DNA of 64,000 bases from Octopus vulgaris (GCA_951406725.2 OX597818.1:119288001-119352000); one strand, 5' to 3'; counted from the stretch's first letter, positions 42,587 through 57,177 are shown. Notes: generated by a model not told the origin, from the sequence alone. Translations and numbers: made by a program.

Positions 42587-42681
42587 TTTGAAGGCTAAAA
42601 ACAATGCGAAGCGCATTGTGACCAGCGATGTGTAACATCATCTGATAGCCTGGTCGGTCACATGATCCCGTGATATATATA

Positions 42682-42714
<33 letters not shown>

Positions 42715-43051
42715 ATATGTATGCCCGTAAGCTGTGAGATTCATGAATAGAGATTGATCAACTCCAATGATCACAAGTTCCGAAACTTCATATTTTAAAC
42801 AATTACAATGTTGCTATTAGAAAAAGTAAATAAGTAAATGACTGCAATTAGAACTGGTGAATGTGTTAATTAATAAGGCATTAAAACAGAATGATTGACC
42901 CCAGACACAATGAAATATGCTTCAACACACGAATTCACATAAAGAATCTTGCAAATCAAACAACAAAAAAAGAAAACGAAACACATATATATATATATAT
43001 ATGCAGACATACACATAATTGTGTGCGTAGGTGTGTGTATGTGTGTATGTG

Positions 43052-43127
<76 letters not shown>

Positions 43128-43214
43128 AGTCATATTTCAATTTCAAATAGAAAGATATAGAACCCAGCACATGAAAATATTTTTTATTGCTCTAGTGAAT
43201 TTTTTTAATTTACC

Positions 43215-43437
43215 ATCCAAATAGGGTTCTTTGTACAAAGGGCTCAAAACCCGAATGTTTGTGGGTAGAGCTATTCGATTACGTCGAACCCTGTACACAG
43301 CTGGCACTTCTTTTCTCGACCACGAAGGGATGAAAGACAAGATCGACTTCGGTGACACTTAAGCTTTAAACGTAAAGCCGGAAGAATCGTTGCTACATAT
43401 TTTGTCCGGCGAGGTAAAAATTCTGCCAGCTCGCCGT
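43215..43437 (-). mobile_element. SINE family B, old copy
   Basis: Diverged head GGCGAGCTGGCAGAA and core. Confidence 0.7.
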
Positions 43438-43768
43438 CTTGTCCCATCATACAAATAACAAGGACGAGAAGGATGAAGAAGACAAAGACACCGTAGAGGA
43501 AAAGGAGGACGAGGAGGAAGACGGGGAGGGAGAGAAAGAGTAAGATGAGGACAACGAAAAGAAAGCTATGGGCGACGAAGACGAAGCGAAGCACGGTGAG
43601 GAGGAAGAGGAGAAAGACGAAGTGGACGATAATGATGATGAAGATACTGATGGTTGCTGTAGATATTTTTATGAACGCAACGTTCAGAAGTCGATCATGA
43701 GATATCATGCTTGCTGCGGATAATATTTATCTATGGTGAAACGTAGGTTATATTTCTGCAGAAATTAG

Positions 43769-44173
43769 GGCGGCGAGCAGGCAGAATCGATAGCACGTCA
43801 GGCGAAATGCTTAGCGGTACATCGGCTGCCGTTACATTCTGAGTTCAAATTCTGCCGAGGTGGACTTTGCCTTTCATCCTTTCGAGGTCGATAAATTAAG
43901 TACCAGTTACGCACTGGGGTCGATGTAACCGACTTAATCCGTTTGCCTGTCCTTGTTTGTCCACTCTGTGTTTAGCCCCTTGTAGGTAGTAATGAAATAG
44001 GTATTTCGGCTGCCGTTACATTCTGAGTTCAAATTCTGCCGAGGTGGACTTTGCCTTTCATCCTTTCGAGGTCGATAAATTAAGTACCAGTTACGCACTA
44101 GGGTCGATGTAACCGACGTAAGCCCTTTGTTTGTCCCCTCTGTGTTTAGCCCCCTGTGGGCAATAAAGAAATA
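43769..44173 (+). mobile_element. SINE family B with tandemly duplicated body
   Basis: Head, body, tail, body, tail; 17-bp flanking direct repeat TATATTTCTGCAGAAAT (43749-43765 and 44174-44190). Confidence 0.92.
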
Positions 44174-44554
44174 TATATTTCTGCAGAAATCAATGTCAGG
44201 TAACGAAGTACAAACCATAAACAATATCACAGATCCATCTACATTTAGTTTTAAATACAAATATTGCCATTAAACAGAAATTAATTTACCATAAATTACC
44301 ATAAAATGCCGTTGAATGCATAAAATTATCAACATGCAAAACGCATTTATTAACGAAATACCCAAATGGGAATTTAGCTGCCATTTACTGTAGATTACAT
44401 AAAATTGAATTAGAGCAAGGTTTTCTAATTGTTCCCTGTTTAAAATATATAACTTTGAAATATATATTTTTTATGAATAGTATTTTTGTAAAAATCCTTT
44501 CTTTCTTCGGTAGATGAAGTTTATTTTATGTGTTAAGGAAAGTATAAAGTCGCA

Positions 44555-44811
44555 TCTTTAATCAGTCATTAGACTGTGGCTTTACTGGAGCAGCGTTTGG
44601 AAGAATTTTTAGTCGAATGAATCGAGCCCGTACTCTTTGTTTTTTTTTTTGTTTTTTTTTTGTTCAGCCTGGTACTTATTCTATCGGTGTCTTTTGCCAA
44701 ATTACTAAATTACAAGGATGTAAGCACTCCAACACCGGTTATCAAGCGGTGATAGAGGTACAGCCACAGACACGAAGACACACACACGTATACGCATACA
44801 CACACACACAG

Positions 44812-44842
<31 letters not shown>

Positions 44843-45056
44843 CACACATACACACACACACATGCACTCACACACATACACACACACACGCACAGGGTGA
44901 GTTTCTTTCAGTTTCCTTCTACGAAATCCACTCACAATGCTTTGGTCGGCCGGAGGTTATAGCTCAAGACAATTTTCCAATGTTCCACGCTGTGTGACCG
45001 AACCCGGAAACACGCTGTTAAAAGTAAGCTTCTTACCACACAGCCATGCCTGCGCC
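44555..45056 (-). mobile_element. SINE family A, old copy with CA tract
   Basis: Diverged but colinear with the family. Confidence 0.8.
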
Positions 45057-45192
45057 TATCTGCAATATTTATTGCGATACCCATACACATGCACTTCAAG
45101 ACTCGCAGAATCTATATAAACAGATGCAAATGTGATCTTGTTTGTATTCATAAATACGTTTGTATAATCGCGGCTGGATCGACAATGTGTTG

Positions 45193-45527
45193 CTTCTTCT
45201 TCTTGCTCTTCTTCTTCTTCTTTTCTTCTTCTGTTTCTTCTTTTCTTCTTCTTCTTCTTCTTCTTCTTCTTCTACTTCTTCTTCTTGCTCTTCTTCTTCT
45301 TCTTCTTCTTGCTCTTCTTCTTCTTCTTTTCTTCTTCTGTTTCTTCTTTTTCTTCTTCTTCTCCTTCTTCTTCGTCGTCTTCTTTTTCTCCTTCTTCTTT
45401 CGCTTCTTCTTCTTCTCCTCCTCTTCCTTCTTCTTCTTCTTCGTCGTCGTCGTCTTCTTCTCCTTCTTCTTCTTCTTCTTCTTCTTCTTCTTCTTCTTCT
45501 TCTTCTTCTTCTTCTCCTTCTTCTTTT
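45193..45527. repeat. (CTT)n trinucleotide tract
   Basis: Directly visible. Confidence 0.98.
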
Positions 45528-45569
45528 TCCAATCAGGTCTCACGCCATTAGCCACAAAGAATAATCTCT

Positions 45570-46012
45570 AATTCGAGCCTTCTCTAAGCTACTAAGAATG
45601 CGTGCGACAACTTGAAGATCCACCCACCACACGCGATAGACTGCTGGTTTCACGGGCACGAAACCTACGTTGTTATCCTCATTCCGTAAACGGTGGCTTT
45701 TAACGGGTGGAGAGCTGAACTATCCTGGGGTATAGAGGATTCGCAATCTAGACTAGGGTCAGAAAATTTACCACACCATAGTCGGTTACACCATGGTTCC
45801 TCTATTTTGTGGCAGAAGTAGGAAGAAAGAGTGAGAGAATGTAGTGGTAAAAGAGCACAGCGGGGTTCATCCCCACCACACCCCCGCCGGAGCCTCGTGA
45901 AGCGTGGGTGTTTTTGCTCAATAAACACTCACAATGTCTGGTCTGGGAATTGAAACCGCGTTCTTATGACCGCGAGTCCGCTGCCCTAACCACTGGGCCA
46001 TTGCGCCTCCAC
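45570..46012 (-). mobile_element. SINE family C (tRNA-Arg-like head)
   Basis: GTGGAGGCGCAATGGCCCAGTGGTTAGGGCAGCGGACTCGCGGTC head; 3' boundary approximate. Confidence 0.85.
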
Positions 46013-46514
46013 TGTGTTGCTGCTGGAATGCTTCTCTTGGCTCCACTAAGAATAATCTATTACGTGCTCACCTTGTTTTGGGGGATTTGTCTTAGATGAT
46101 CTTAGATGCTACTACAAACCTGTTGGTTTGCAACAATGAATTTGAGTACCTAAGTTGAATGCCAACACTAAAACGAATCACTAGTCAGGATAAATATCGT
46201 AAAGAATTTCACCCGAAGCGTTACTAGATTCGCTCACCAGTAGTTATGGGTTTGTTCTTCATTGCAACCATGTAAAGCAAATACGACCTCCGTGAGATAT
46301 CAGAGCTCAGACAACCCGTCGCAGCAAATACTATCCGTTGTTCTAATGATTCCTATAATTTACTGCCCCTCCATTGATAACAGCTTATATATAACATACA
46401 TGTGTGTATGTGTGTGTTTGTGAGTGAATAACAATGGGGGCTTGTCGCTATATGTGTGTGTGTGTATGCCGGGGTTACAAATGAAGTATATGAGAGGAAA
46501 AAGCAACGTATGCA

Positions 46515-46865
46515 GGCGTAGAAGTGGCTGTGTATTAAGTAGCTTGCTTACCAACCAGATGGTTCCGAGTTCAGTCCCACTGCGTGGCACCTTGGTAGAC
46601 GGAAACTGAAAGAAGCCCGTCGTATATATGTATATGTGTGTGTGTGTGTGTGCGTGCGTGTGTGTGTGTGTGTTTATCCACCAACATCGCTTGACAACCG
46701 ATGCTGGTGTGTTTACGCCCCCATAACGTAGCGGTTCGGCAAAATATACCGATCGAATAAGTACTAGGCTTACAAAGAATAAGTCCTTGAGGCGATTTGC
46801 TCGACTAAATGCGGTAGTCCAGCATGGCCACAGTCAAATGACTGAAACAAGTAAAAGAGTAAAAT
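46515..46865 (+). mobile_element. SINE family A with internal deletion
   Basis: GGCACCTTGG joined directly to TAGACGG (TTGG microhomology). Confidence 0.88.
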
Positions 46866-46929
46866 AGTAAAAAAGTATAAAACTACATAAACGTATTCGC
46901 ACAAATATATACATACATAACATATATAT

Positions 46930-46992
<63 letters not shown>

Positions 46993-47639
46993 CGGGTATG
47001 TGTGAGTTTGTGTGTCTACATAAGTGTGTTTGTGTATGCATTAATATATATGTGTATGTGTACAGTGCTAGCAAAAAGCCAGCCGACAGTAAACCAAAAT
47101 TCTATAAATACTATCTGTATTGATTCCAATGGAAAAATGTGTCGCTCAAAGACTTCAGTTTGAACAATTTTCATATTTCATATTTAGATGCTTTTATTAA
47201 ATTAATTCAGTTGTTAAACATAAACAAATCTTGGAATTAAATGGTTTTGATTTATTGTCAAGTGAATTTTGGCCAACCTTCTATATTCCCGTGTTTATGC
47301 GAGGGCGCGTGCACTGGGGTGTGTGTGTACTGGCAAATGGATGAACGACTTCATAGTTTTCTAGATTCACCATTCACCCTATAGGACAGAACTACTCGCT
47401 TTCTGAAGTAGAAACTAGCCTAATTAATTAGAATTCCAACGGTGCGCTAATTAGTAATAGATTTTTCAGTTTTAATTATATAAATTATTTATACAAATAT
47501 GGATCTGATTTCTAACAACGAGACCAAATCCTAACAGTGAGAATTTAGATTATTTACATAACAACAATGAAAAAATGGCTATTAGATATAGCTTTCATAT
47601 TTTTCAATATCCGTCTTACAAATTGTATTGCTGAGTATT

Positions 47640-48080
47640 GTGGTGGCGCAATGGCCCAGTAGTTAGGGCAGAGGACTCGCTGTCATAGGATCGCGGTTTC
47701 GATTCCCAGACCGAGTGTTGTGAGTGTTTATTGAGCGAAAACACCTAAAGCTCTACGTAGATATAGCAGGTGTAGGTGGCGGACTCTGCTGTATTCTTTC
47801 ACCACAACTTTCTCTCCCTCTTCTTGTTTCTCTTGTCCCAGTATTTCAAAGGGCCAGCCTTGTCACACTGTGTCACGCTGAATCTCCTCGAGAACTACGT
47901 TGAGGATACACGTGTCTGGGGAGTGTTCAACTACTTGCACGTTGATTTTGAGGTCGACATTGCCTTTCGTCCTTTCAGGGTCGATAAATTAAGTACCAGT
48001 TGCGTACTGGTGTCGATCTAATCGAATGGCCCAATACTGGTGTCGATCTAATTGCGTACTGGTGTCGATCTAATCGAATG
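47640..48080 (+). mobile_element. SINE family C followed by a family B core fragment with short tandem repeats
   Basis: C head at 47640; B core from about 47950; TACTGGTGTCGATCTAAT three times. Confidence 0.8.
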
Positions 48081-48379
48081 GCTCAATAAAAGACTTGTTG
48101 CAGTAGAGTTGTGCATGCCATAAACCATAACTCTGACCCTTCGTTGCTTGACATTACTCTGTTTGTTTTTCTGACGCATATCCAGCTCCATATGCACCAG
48201 CTAGCGAATAATATGAACCTACTTCGATTTCCTCCCTCTATTTAAGGGAATATGCAATAGGAACCAATAAATCAAAACTCTGGGTTGCCCTGATTTGAAA
48301 CCTGATACCACTGATTGCAACAAAGCGGACCTCAGTAAACACGTACCCAAAGCTCGACTGGTGTTAGTTGTATTCTAGA

Positions 48380-48769
48380 CTAGCAGTATCGCCCGGCGTT
48401 GCTCAGGTTTGTTTTAACCCTTTAGAATTGGAATTTATGAAAAGTATGAATTTTGCATTATGTAGCTTGTTATTGCCTTTAAGTGAATACTTTTTCTGGT
48501 TGAAATACACCGAAAAATGGCGACACAGTAGTCAAAAATTCATAAAAATAGCGCTATTCATAGAAAAAAAGCACCTTTTTGATGTAAATAATTTTTGGTG
48601 TTAATATGGTCCGATTTGAATTTTATCTCCTACGGAATGAAGAACTATCCTTCTTCTATCATACTCTCAATTTTGGTCAACTTGCACCGCAGGGTCTCGG
48701 AGAAGATAGTGTTAGTTGAAGGCTACCAAACCTGCCATACACAGACAAATTCAGCTTTATATATATTGA
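48380..48769 (-). mobile_element. Non-autonomous Helitron
   Basis: Minus strand starts TC(AATATATATAAAGC), has a subterminal hairpin CCTGAGCAACGCCGGG and ends CTAG; sits between A and T with no TSD. Confidence 0.85.
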
Positions 48770-49456
48770 TGATTAGTTTTACATAGAACTACAGTAAATC
48801 TTTCAGTCAAGTGATGACGGAAACTCAGTTAAACGAAACTGCGGACGAGTCAGAAGGCGATAAATGGGAAGTGTATGAGGAACGAACTGACGAGCAATGA
48901 GGGAAGGAGCAGATCTGTTCTACTCTAGGCACAAGGCCTTGAGGGAAGGACCAGATGTAGAGTATGAAAGCGCGCGTGTGTATGTTTATATGAGAATTCT
49001 TTGAAGTCAAAGTAATGTAAATACTATCATTTTGGACGCAGTGTTGTAAGTGATTGTATGTCGATATGTGCATGTGTGTAGGTATGGGTATATATTAGCA
49101 CAGAATTGCCGGATAATTAAGAAAAGTATTATATATGTGAAAGGTGGCCGCATGGTTAAAAGTTCACTTCGCATGCCCCTCCATATGCGTTCGATGTATT
49201 TTTTTGTCATAGACTCGGGTCGACTTCAGATTTGTGGATGAAACCGGGGGAAGTTGAAACTTGTCTGAACGATTGTACCTATATTTGGAAGGTCCATCTT
49301 TTCCAAATTTGTTCCTGCTGATTCTGTCTCATGATTTCGTTAAGCGTATACGTGTCTGTGGAATATGCAGCCACTTACATGCTAATTCGGGGAGTAGATA
49401 CTTTAGTTGGTTGATTAGCTGTGTATGTATGCATGAATGTATGTATGTATGTATGA

Positions 49457-49515
<59 letters not shown>

Positions 49516-49559
49516 CATACATGTATGTATGCATGAATATATGTATGTATGTATACATA

Positions 49560-49616
<57 letters not shown>

Positions 49617-49699
49617 ACATACATACATGCATACATTCATGCATACATACACAGCAATGTATATGTTTATGCGTACATGCACTGATGTATGCATACACA

Positions 49700-49922
49700 T
49701 GTACATACACATACACGTGGGTGTTGGCAAGGATGTTGGTGCATATTTGGATTTCATTGCAACGCTTCTTAAATATTTTACATATTAGGACAATACTCCT
49801 GATAGCTTGTAGGTGTAAAAGTTTGAAGAGGCGTATTCTCTTATGTCTTGTACAACCCATCTTCTCAACAGTCACGTAACCGAGTGCTGTAATAATTGCT
49901 GGATGAAATCTAAATCTATAGT

Positions 49923-49926
<4 letters not shown>
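49700..49926 (-). mobile_element. 3' end of an R4/Dong-like RLE LINE
   Basis: DYRFRFHPAIITALGYVT...LQAIRSIVLICKIFKK resembles RLE C-termini; homologous to 53887-53997. Confidence 0.6.
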
Positions 49927-49957
<31 letters not shown>

Positions 49958-50113
49958 AGATAAGAAAATAGAGAAATACATTTAAATCAAATATCAATTA
50001 CCAGATAATACTCAATCACATACTTTATTAAACCACCACATAAGAGACTGTAGGGTTAGATATAAAAAGCAGAACAAATCAGTGTACATAAAGGAATGTA
50101 CATATATATATGT

Positions 50114-50190
<77 letters not shown>

Positions 50191-50359
50191 ATTCTAAGAA
50201 ATTCCAACTCTGCATTTTGATGTTTTTTATATTCTTTATAATATTAATGTAGAATATAGAATATATAGTATAAAATGTATATATAGCAGTATAATGAAAT
50301 GAAGTATTGATTGTCTTATTGAATAGATGAAATATTGAATATCAAATATTAATACATAC

Positions 50360-50415
<56 letters not shown>

Positions 50416-51570
50416 GTATGTGTGTATGTATGTATATCGTTAGTTCGGCATAAATGCCTTCTCTTACACTCTTCTTCATCATAAACTTGACGTCTGTTAT
50501 GCAACTGATTTCAAATTCTGTGCATGGTTTGTTTCCTCTCTCTCTCCTGAACCTCGATGTTTAATCTGTTATGCTTGCATCTTACTTACGTATTGACAAG
50601 GACGTTCCCTCAATAAAATTTTTATAATATGTGTTCTTATGCCAGTCATATCACTGTCGCTTCGTATAGTTCTAAACATGCTTCTCCTTTGTACGAATAT
50701 TTTAATATAATTTTCTCGCCACGACAGCATAGCTAATATATAGATAATGCATTAATTATATTTTCGTATTTGCTCTATGTTAACTCCACACTGCCTGCAT
50801 AGGTTATTGCATCTTGCTGGTGTGCCTACATCCTTATCCCTGCTCTCTGATTCTTTACTCTAATACTTGTTTCAGCCATTTGATTGTTGCCATGCTGGAG
50901 TACCGCCTTTAGTCGAGCAAATCGACCCCAGGACTTACTGTTTGTAAGCCTAGTACTTATTCTATCGGTTTCTTTTGCCGAACCGCTAAGTATATGTAAT
51001 AAATAAATGAAGTTCTCTCGACTGTAGTGATATTTTAAGGAAGAAATAATCGCTGATTTACAACTTAAACGGAGAACCATATTGTTTTTGCTGGGTAGGG
51101 GTTGTAATTGAGGGAATAAGCATAGTAAGTATACTAGGAAATGAGAGATATTGGACTGACTTTAGTTTCTTCTCAACAAATTCAATAACATTGGACATAT
51201 TGTAAATTATCAAAACGAAATCGTTATTAATTTTTAAAGCTATGAACTGATCGAAAACTTTGCTGGATCCGGTGATGGATTTCCAGATTGGGTGTTCAGA
51301 AGTTTGACAGACTATAAAGAAACCCTTTGTCTCCTACATTCTTAACTGGGGTGGTCGGACGCAACAAGGACCCCAGTTATGGATCAAGAAAATGCCCCGT
51401 AGCTAAATCGTACAGAACACGGTGAAAGGCTGAACTGTATATACATCACGTGGGACCAAAAGATTGTAGACAGTCTCTGATGTCACTTGAAGCAGTCTTC
51501 TGGCGTCTTGGTTGAATTCATACATTGCTTCAAAGTTATGTAGGTGAGAGCAGGATACTTACTATTTTTT

Positions 51571-51796
51571 CTCTTATTCTTTTACTTGTTTCAGTCATTT
51601 GACCGGGGCCATTCTGGAGCACCTCCTTTAGTCGAGTCAATCGACCCTAGGACTTATTCTTTGTAAGCCCTGTACTTATTCTATTTGTCTCTTTTGCAGA
51701 ACCGCTAAGTGACGGGGACGTAAACACACCAGCATCGATTGTCAAGCGATGTTGGGGGGACAAACACAAACACACAAACATATACGCACACATACG

Positions 51797-51858
<62 letters not shown>

Positions 51859-52012
51859 TACGACGGGCTTCTTTCAGTTTCCGTCTACCAAATCCACTCA
51901 CGAGGCTTTGGTCGTCCCGAGGCTATAGTAAAAGACACTTGCCCAAGGTGCCACGCAGTGGAACTGAACCCGGGACCATGTGGCTTGTAAGCAAGCTAGC
52001 CACTTCTGCGCC
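51571..52012 (-). mobile_element. SINE family A, full length
   Basis: Head, TA tract and tail present. Confidence 0.9.
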
Positions 52013-52184
52013 TAGTAGGAGAGATAACTAGTAGAGATAACTTTAAATACAGCAGAAGAAAGCAACGGGTAGAGAATAGCCATGAATGCCGACGCCTGTA
52101 CTAATATGTGAAGAAAGAGAGGGAGAGAGAGAGAGAGGAGAGAGAGACAGAGAGAGACAGAGAGAGACAGAGAGAAGGACAGAA

Positions 52185-52241
<57 letters not shown>

Positions 52242-52830
52242 GAGATGTACAACCTGCTTAGGTCTGAAGTATTGCAACATTTCAACACGTGTAATTGACA
52301 CTTAACACTTGATGTACAGAAATCAATTGTAAAAGCATATATTTTATTTTTACAGGGGTTAATCAATTTTGTCTCGCATTCTACAATATATATTAAATGT
52401 TTAAGACAATTTCAAGTATCTGTTCCATCCATTATAAAAAAATGTTATAAAACAAGACAGAAATGTTGGTACAGAATCATTAGTTACAGAACACCAAAAC
52501 CTTTTAATTTAGTGGTTTTCGTCAATGACGTTTTGTGTAGCACCTGTTTTCTTATCTACTTTATGATTAAATATGTCGAGACGTTTGACCCAGTTTAAAT
52601 TAAAAACACTCACACACACACACACACACACACACGTGCACACACCCTTATGAATCTCTTTCAGTCTCTCTCTATCTCTTTCTCTTTCTCTTTCTAACTC
52701 ACTTTCCTCCTCTCTCTTTTTCTTTCGATCTCTCTGAGTATATACATACATACATACATATATATATATATATACATATATGTATACACACACATATATA
52801 TGCATATATATATATATGTGTGTGTGTGTG

Positions 52831-52876
<46 letters not shown>

Positions 52877-52880
52877 ATAT

Positions 52881-52935
<55 letters not shown>

Positions 52936-53644
52936 GTTTTACCTGTTACTTATTTCAGTCATCGAAGCAGTTTAGTCGAGGGAATCTACCCCAGTACTTA
53001 TTTTTTAAAGTCTGGTATTTATTCTATCAACCTCATTTGCAGAGCCGCTAAGTTACGGGGACATAAACACACGAACATCTGTTGTAAGCAGTGGCGGGCG
53101 ACAAACACAGACAGAAAGTCTTATGTACATAGTTATTCACGGGGCTTCATTCAGTCTCTGTCTACAAAATGCTCTCATAAGGTCTTAATCGAGCCGAGGC
53201 TGTAATAGGGAATACTTGCTCAAGGTGATACGCAGTGGGACTGAATCCAGGACCACGAGGCTGGGAAGTAATTTTTTTTTTTCACCACGCAGCCAAATCG
53301 AGAAAGGGATATGAAAATGAAGAGACAATAGTCATGCGGATGAAAAATTCGCAAAGCAACATGGTTCCCAGTTCGCTTCCCATTCACAGCTGGTTGGGCA
53401 AATGTTACCGATCGTTGTCTTGGCTTCACAATGATGTCTAAGTGTAGACTAAGGGACGGATTCTACGTGAAAGCCACACACGCGCGCACACAGACGTATA
53501 TATATATATGTATATATATATATGTATATATACACACACACAAACGTATATATGTGTGTACGTGTGTATATGTATATATATTTATCTATATCTACAAACA
53601 CACGCACACGCACACATATATATATGCATGTATTTATGTCATTC

Positions 53645-53997
53645 CGTTTATTTCTTGCTAATAAAGAACCGTTTTCTAACCTAGATCCAAAGCTCCTTCA
53701 TTGGAATTTCAACATCAACAACAGGGTATATTTGTTTGTATATATGTATGCATGCATGTATGTATGTATGTATGTATGTATGTATGTATGTATGTATATA
53801 TGTATGTATGTATATGTACAGATTTGTATGTTTTATGTATGTATTCTCAGACATATAGTTACATATCTAGACATGCTCATAGATATCTAAATGATAAACT
53901 TCTGGAAAGTTTTACAGATTTTTACAGTTCCAGTGATGGATTGGATCTGTAGTCTTTGTATTAGCTTTCTCTTCTCTGGTTTTGAGAAGCCTAATTT
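53645..53997 (-). mobile_element. 3' end of an R4/Dong-like RLE LINE with (CATA)n in the 3' UTR
   Basis: KLGFSKPEKRKLIQRLQIQSITGTVKICKTFQKFII* (stop 53887); truncated at a (TATG)n tract. Confidence 0.65.
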
Positions 53998-54514
53998 ATG
54001 CATGTACATACATGTATGTATGTATGTATGTATGTATGTATGTATATGTGTGTGTATGTATGTATGTATGTATGTATGTATGTATTTGAGTATAGATGTG
54101 TATATGTATACTTGCATACGCTTGGCAAATAATGGGTTGTGTTGCTCTCCTCTAAGCTATAAGACGACATCGCTATTCGATACAAAGAATCTATAAACTG
54201 AGAAACTGCCGAAGCAGTTGGTGAGGTCGATATAATCGGTTAAACAATAATTCCAAGGTGCTGGCCAAACATTTGTGGACCCAAGTGGCTGTAACCGGTA
54301 AAAGAATATATATAAAATATACATATTCTTACTGCACAGAAATTTTCCAATGTACATCGACACGTACGTGAGTGGGCCTGTATGTGCGTGTGAGTACGTG
54401 TGTGGGCGTATGTTTGTCTGTCTGTGTACATATGTGTATGCCAGGCCTTCTCGATCAGAACTGATGTGAGCTCAAACACCAGAATCATCATCATCAACAA
54501 CGACAGCAACAACA

Positions 54515-54900
54515 GTGGAGGCGCAATGGCCCAGTGGTTAGGGCAGCGGACTCGCGGTCGGAGAATCGCAGTTTCGCTTCCCAGACCGGGCGTTGTGTGT
54601 GTTTATTGAGCGAAAACACCTAAAGCTCCACGAGGCTCCGGCAGCGGGTGGTGGCGACCCCTGTTCTAACTCTTTCGCTCCAACTTTCTCTCACTCTTTC
54701 TTCCTGTTTCTTGTCCCCGACTTCCTACGCAACTGCTGAGCCTGGATGCGCATTCGTCCATCCGTCGATGCTCTCGGTGTCGGAGATTGACCTGCTTTCT
54801 CTTCTGCGGGTCTTACGAATAGCAAAGAACGACATTTCGGACTTCTCCTATCCTGCGAGCTCTGAGGCGAAGACCGTTCGCTCAACAGCAACAGCAACAA
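54515..54900 (+). mobile_element. SINE family C, full length, in CAA-type repeats
   Basis: tRNA-like head, shared core, distinct tail ending CAACAGCAACAGCAAC. Confidence 0.88.
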
Positions 54901-55517
54901 CAATAACAGCTACAGCGACAACCACGACGGTGACAAGAACGATAACTCACGTTATCAACGAACTCATTTGCCACAAAATACACACAGTCGCCACTGCATA
55001 CAACAATGCGGCCCGCGTGCTGCATTTGCCCTGAATATACCGGCAGACATTTTATACTGGATATGACATTACCGTAGCTGTATGTTCGTTATCTTCTAGT
55101 AAAAAATAAATACGATCAATATCAGTCGGAATATATTAAATCTTATATTTCAAGCACATATAGAGAGTTGATTATTTATATTATATACAGTTATTCAAGT
55201 GTATGCTTTCAGTGCCTCAGTTCGGCTCTGATCAAACCAAATTATGTTGATTTAATACTATCTCTCACAGCGGGATTCATCTCACACGACGATTGCCTCT
55301 CGGTATTCAGTACTTCCCAGATCATCGTCTTCTACTTTTGGAGAAAATTATTCTACTACTTGGAGAAAAGTATTTACTGCAAGCATTCTCGACAGATTTT
55401 TCAAGTTCACTGAACTTACATCAGAAATAAACGGCCACCATATTATCTTCATCGATCCCACTTATTTGATATCAAATGTGTAGTTTCAATTCCTCCATTG
55501 ACTCTTTTCCCTCTTTC

Positions 55518-55725
55518 TTATTTCTTATTTCTTATTTCTTTATTGCCTACAAGGGCTAAACACAGAGGGGACAAACAAGGACAGACAAAGGGATTAAGTC
55601 GATTACATCGACCCCAGTGCGTAACTGGTACTTAATTTATCGACCCAGAAATAATGAGAGGCAAAGTCGACCTCGACGGAATTTGAACTCAGAACATAAC
55701 GGCAGACGAAATACCGCTAAGCATT
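55518..55725 (-). mobile_element. SINE family B, 5'-truncated, with (AAATAAG)n tail
   Basis: Family match. Confidence 0.88.
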
Positions 55726-56387
55726 ACCAAATTGCTCATCCGATTATCAAAATTCTTCCTTGTTTTTGGTTACTCAGTACCGATTAGAATTTCCATTCCA
55801 AATCTGAAGAAATGCACCTCCAATCTCATATACATTCAGATCGATTATGTAATCATAAACAAGACGATTGATCTCCTAACCTCTAAACATCTACTATCTA
55901 TGTTCCATTATTTTTCAAAGTCCAGCTTTGTAACCTACTATAGAAGGATATAGTCTCCACAACTTCCTGTTTTATACGCTCTGAAACAACAACCGAATGA
56001 AGCTTCTGAAAATAACCGCTTCGCCTCTTTAAATAAAAAACCATTCTCTAGGAACTTTAGTTAGACGTCTTTAAGCCCAGCCAATCATATATTTTACACC
56101 TGTCGCTTTCTCAGTAATACCTCAACAATCACGTGACCAAAATTCCAATGGCGGATTGCCTAAAACATCTGTTGCACATCTGCAATCAGTATATACTCCT
56201 TCACTTGCAAGCATTCCAGTGGTGCATACGTTGAAGAAACAACTCGCTAACCACATGGACTTTCCAATTAGAACATTTCCAGCGTTTCGCAATGTACACC
56301 ATATTAGTCTCTACGCTGCTGTTACGACAAGCTCGCGCACTCCATTCAATCTGTGCCAGAGAGTGACAATTCAATAAACATGGAATA

Positions 56388-56551
56388 GGCGCAGGAGTGG
56401 CTGTGTGGTAAGTAGCTTGCTAACCAGCCACATGGTTTCGGGTTCAGTCCCACTGCGTGGCATCTTGGGCAAGTGTCTTCTGCTATAGCCCGGGCCGACC
56501 AATGCCTTGTGAGTGGATTTGGTAGACCGAAACTGAAAGAAGCCTGCCGTA

Positions 56552-56608
<57 letters not shown>

Positions 56609-56836
56609 CTATGTGTTTGTGTGTCTGTGTTTGTCTCCCTAGCATTGCTTGACAACCGATGCTGGTGTGTTTATGTCCCCGTTACTTAGCGGTTCGGCAA
56701 AAAGAGACCGATAGAATAAGTACTGGGCTTACAAAAGAATAAGTCCCGGGGTCGAGTTGCTCGATTGAAGGTGGTGCTCCAGCATGGCCTCAGTCAAATG
56801 ACTGAAACAAGTAAAAGAGTAAAAGAGTAAAGAGTA
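56388..56836 (+). mobile_element. SINE family A, full length
   Basis: Head, TA tract and tail present. Confidence 0.92.
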
Positions 56837-57177
56837 TATCGCATCAACTTTGCTTTAGAAAGATTTAGGAATGAATTTTCATTTTTTTTTTCACTTATCA
56901 ACTTCGTTATTCCTCTCTAATTATATACATGTAAACACTTTATACATAATTCTTTTATTAGAATAATTTAAGCGCATGCTTAGGCGCACCTGAGCGAGTA
57001 CATGCATGCATTTGGAATTCCATATATCAACGTGTACACTGATTCTGTATATTGTCATACACTTACATTCACTTATCACATCTAAAACACAAAGTAGAGC
57101 ATGTGTATCTGTTTTGAAATATCTGGGCACCCAACCCGCTATGACATGCAAAACAAGAGTTTTAATGTATATATATA

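Noticed and set aside
45089-45571. Poly-K/E/S/L/F ORFs
   Set aside because: Frames of the (CTT)n tract
55740-56100. Possible CR1-like LINE 3' remnant on the minus strand
   Set aside because: Only faint motif resemblance; cannot be supported without a search
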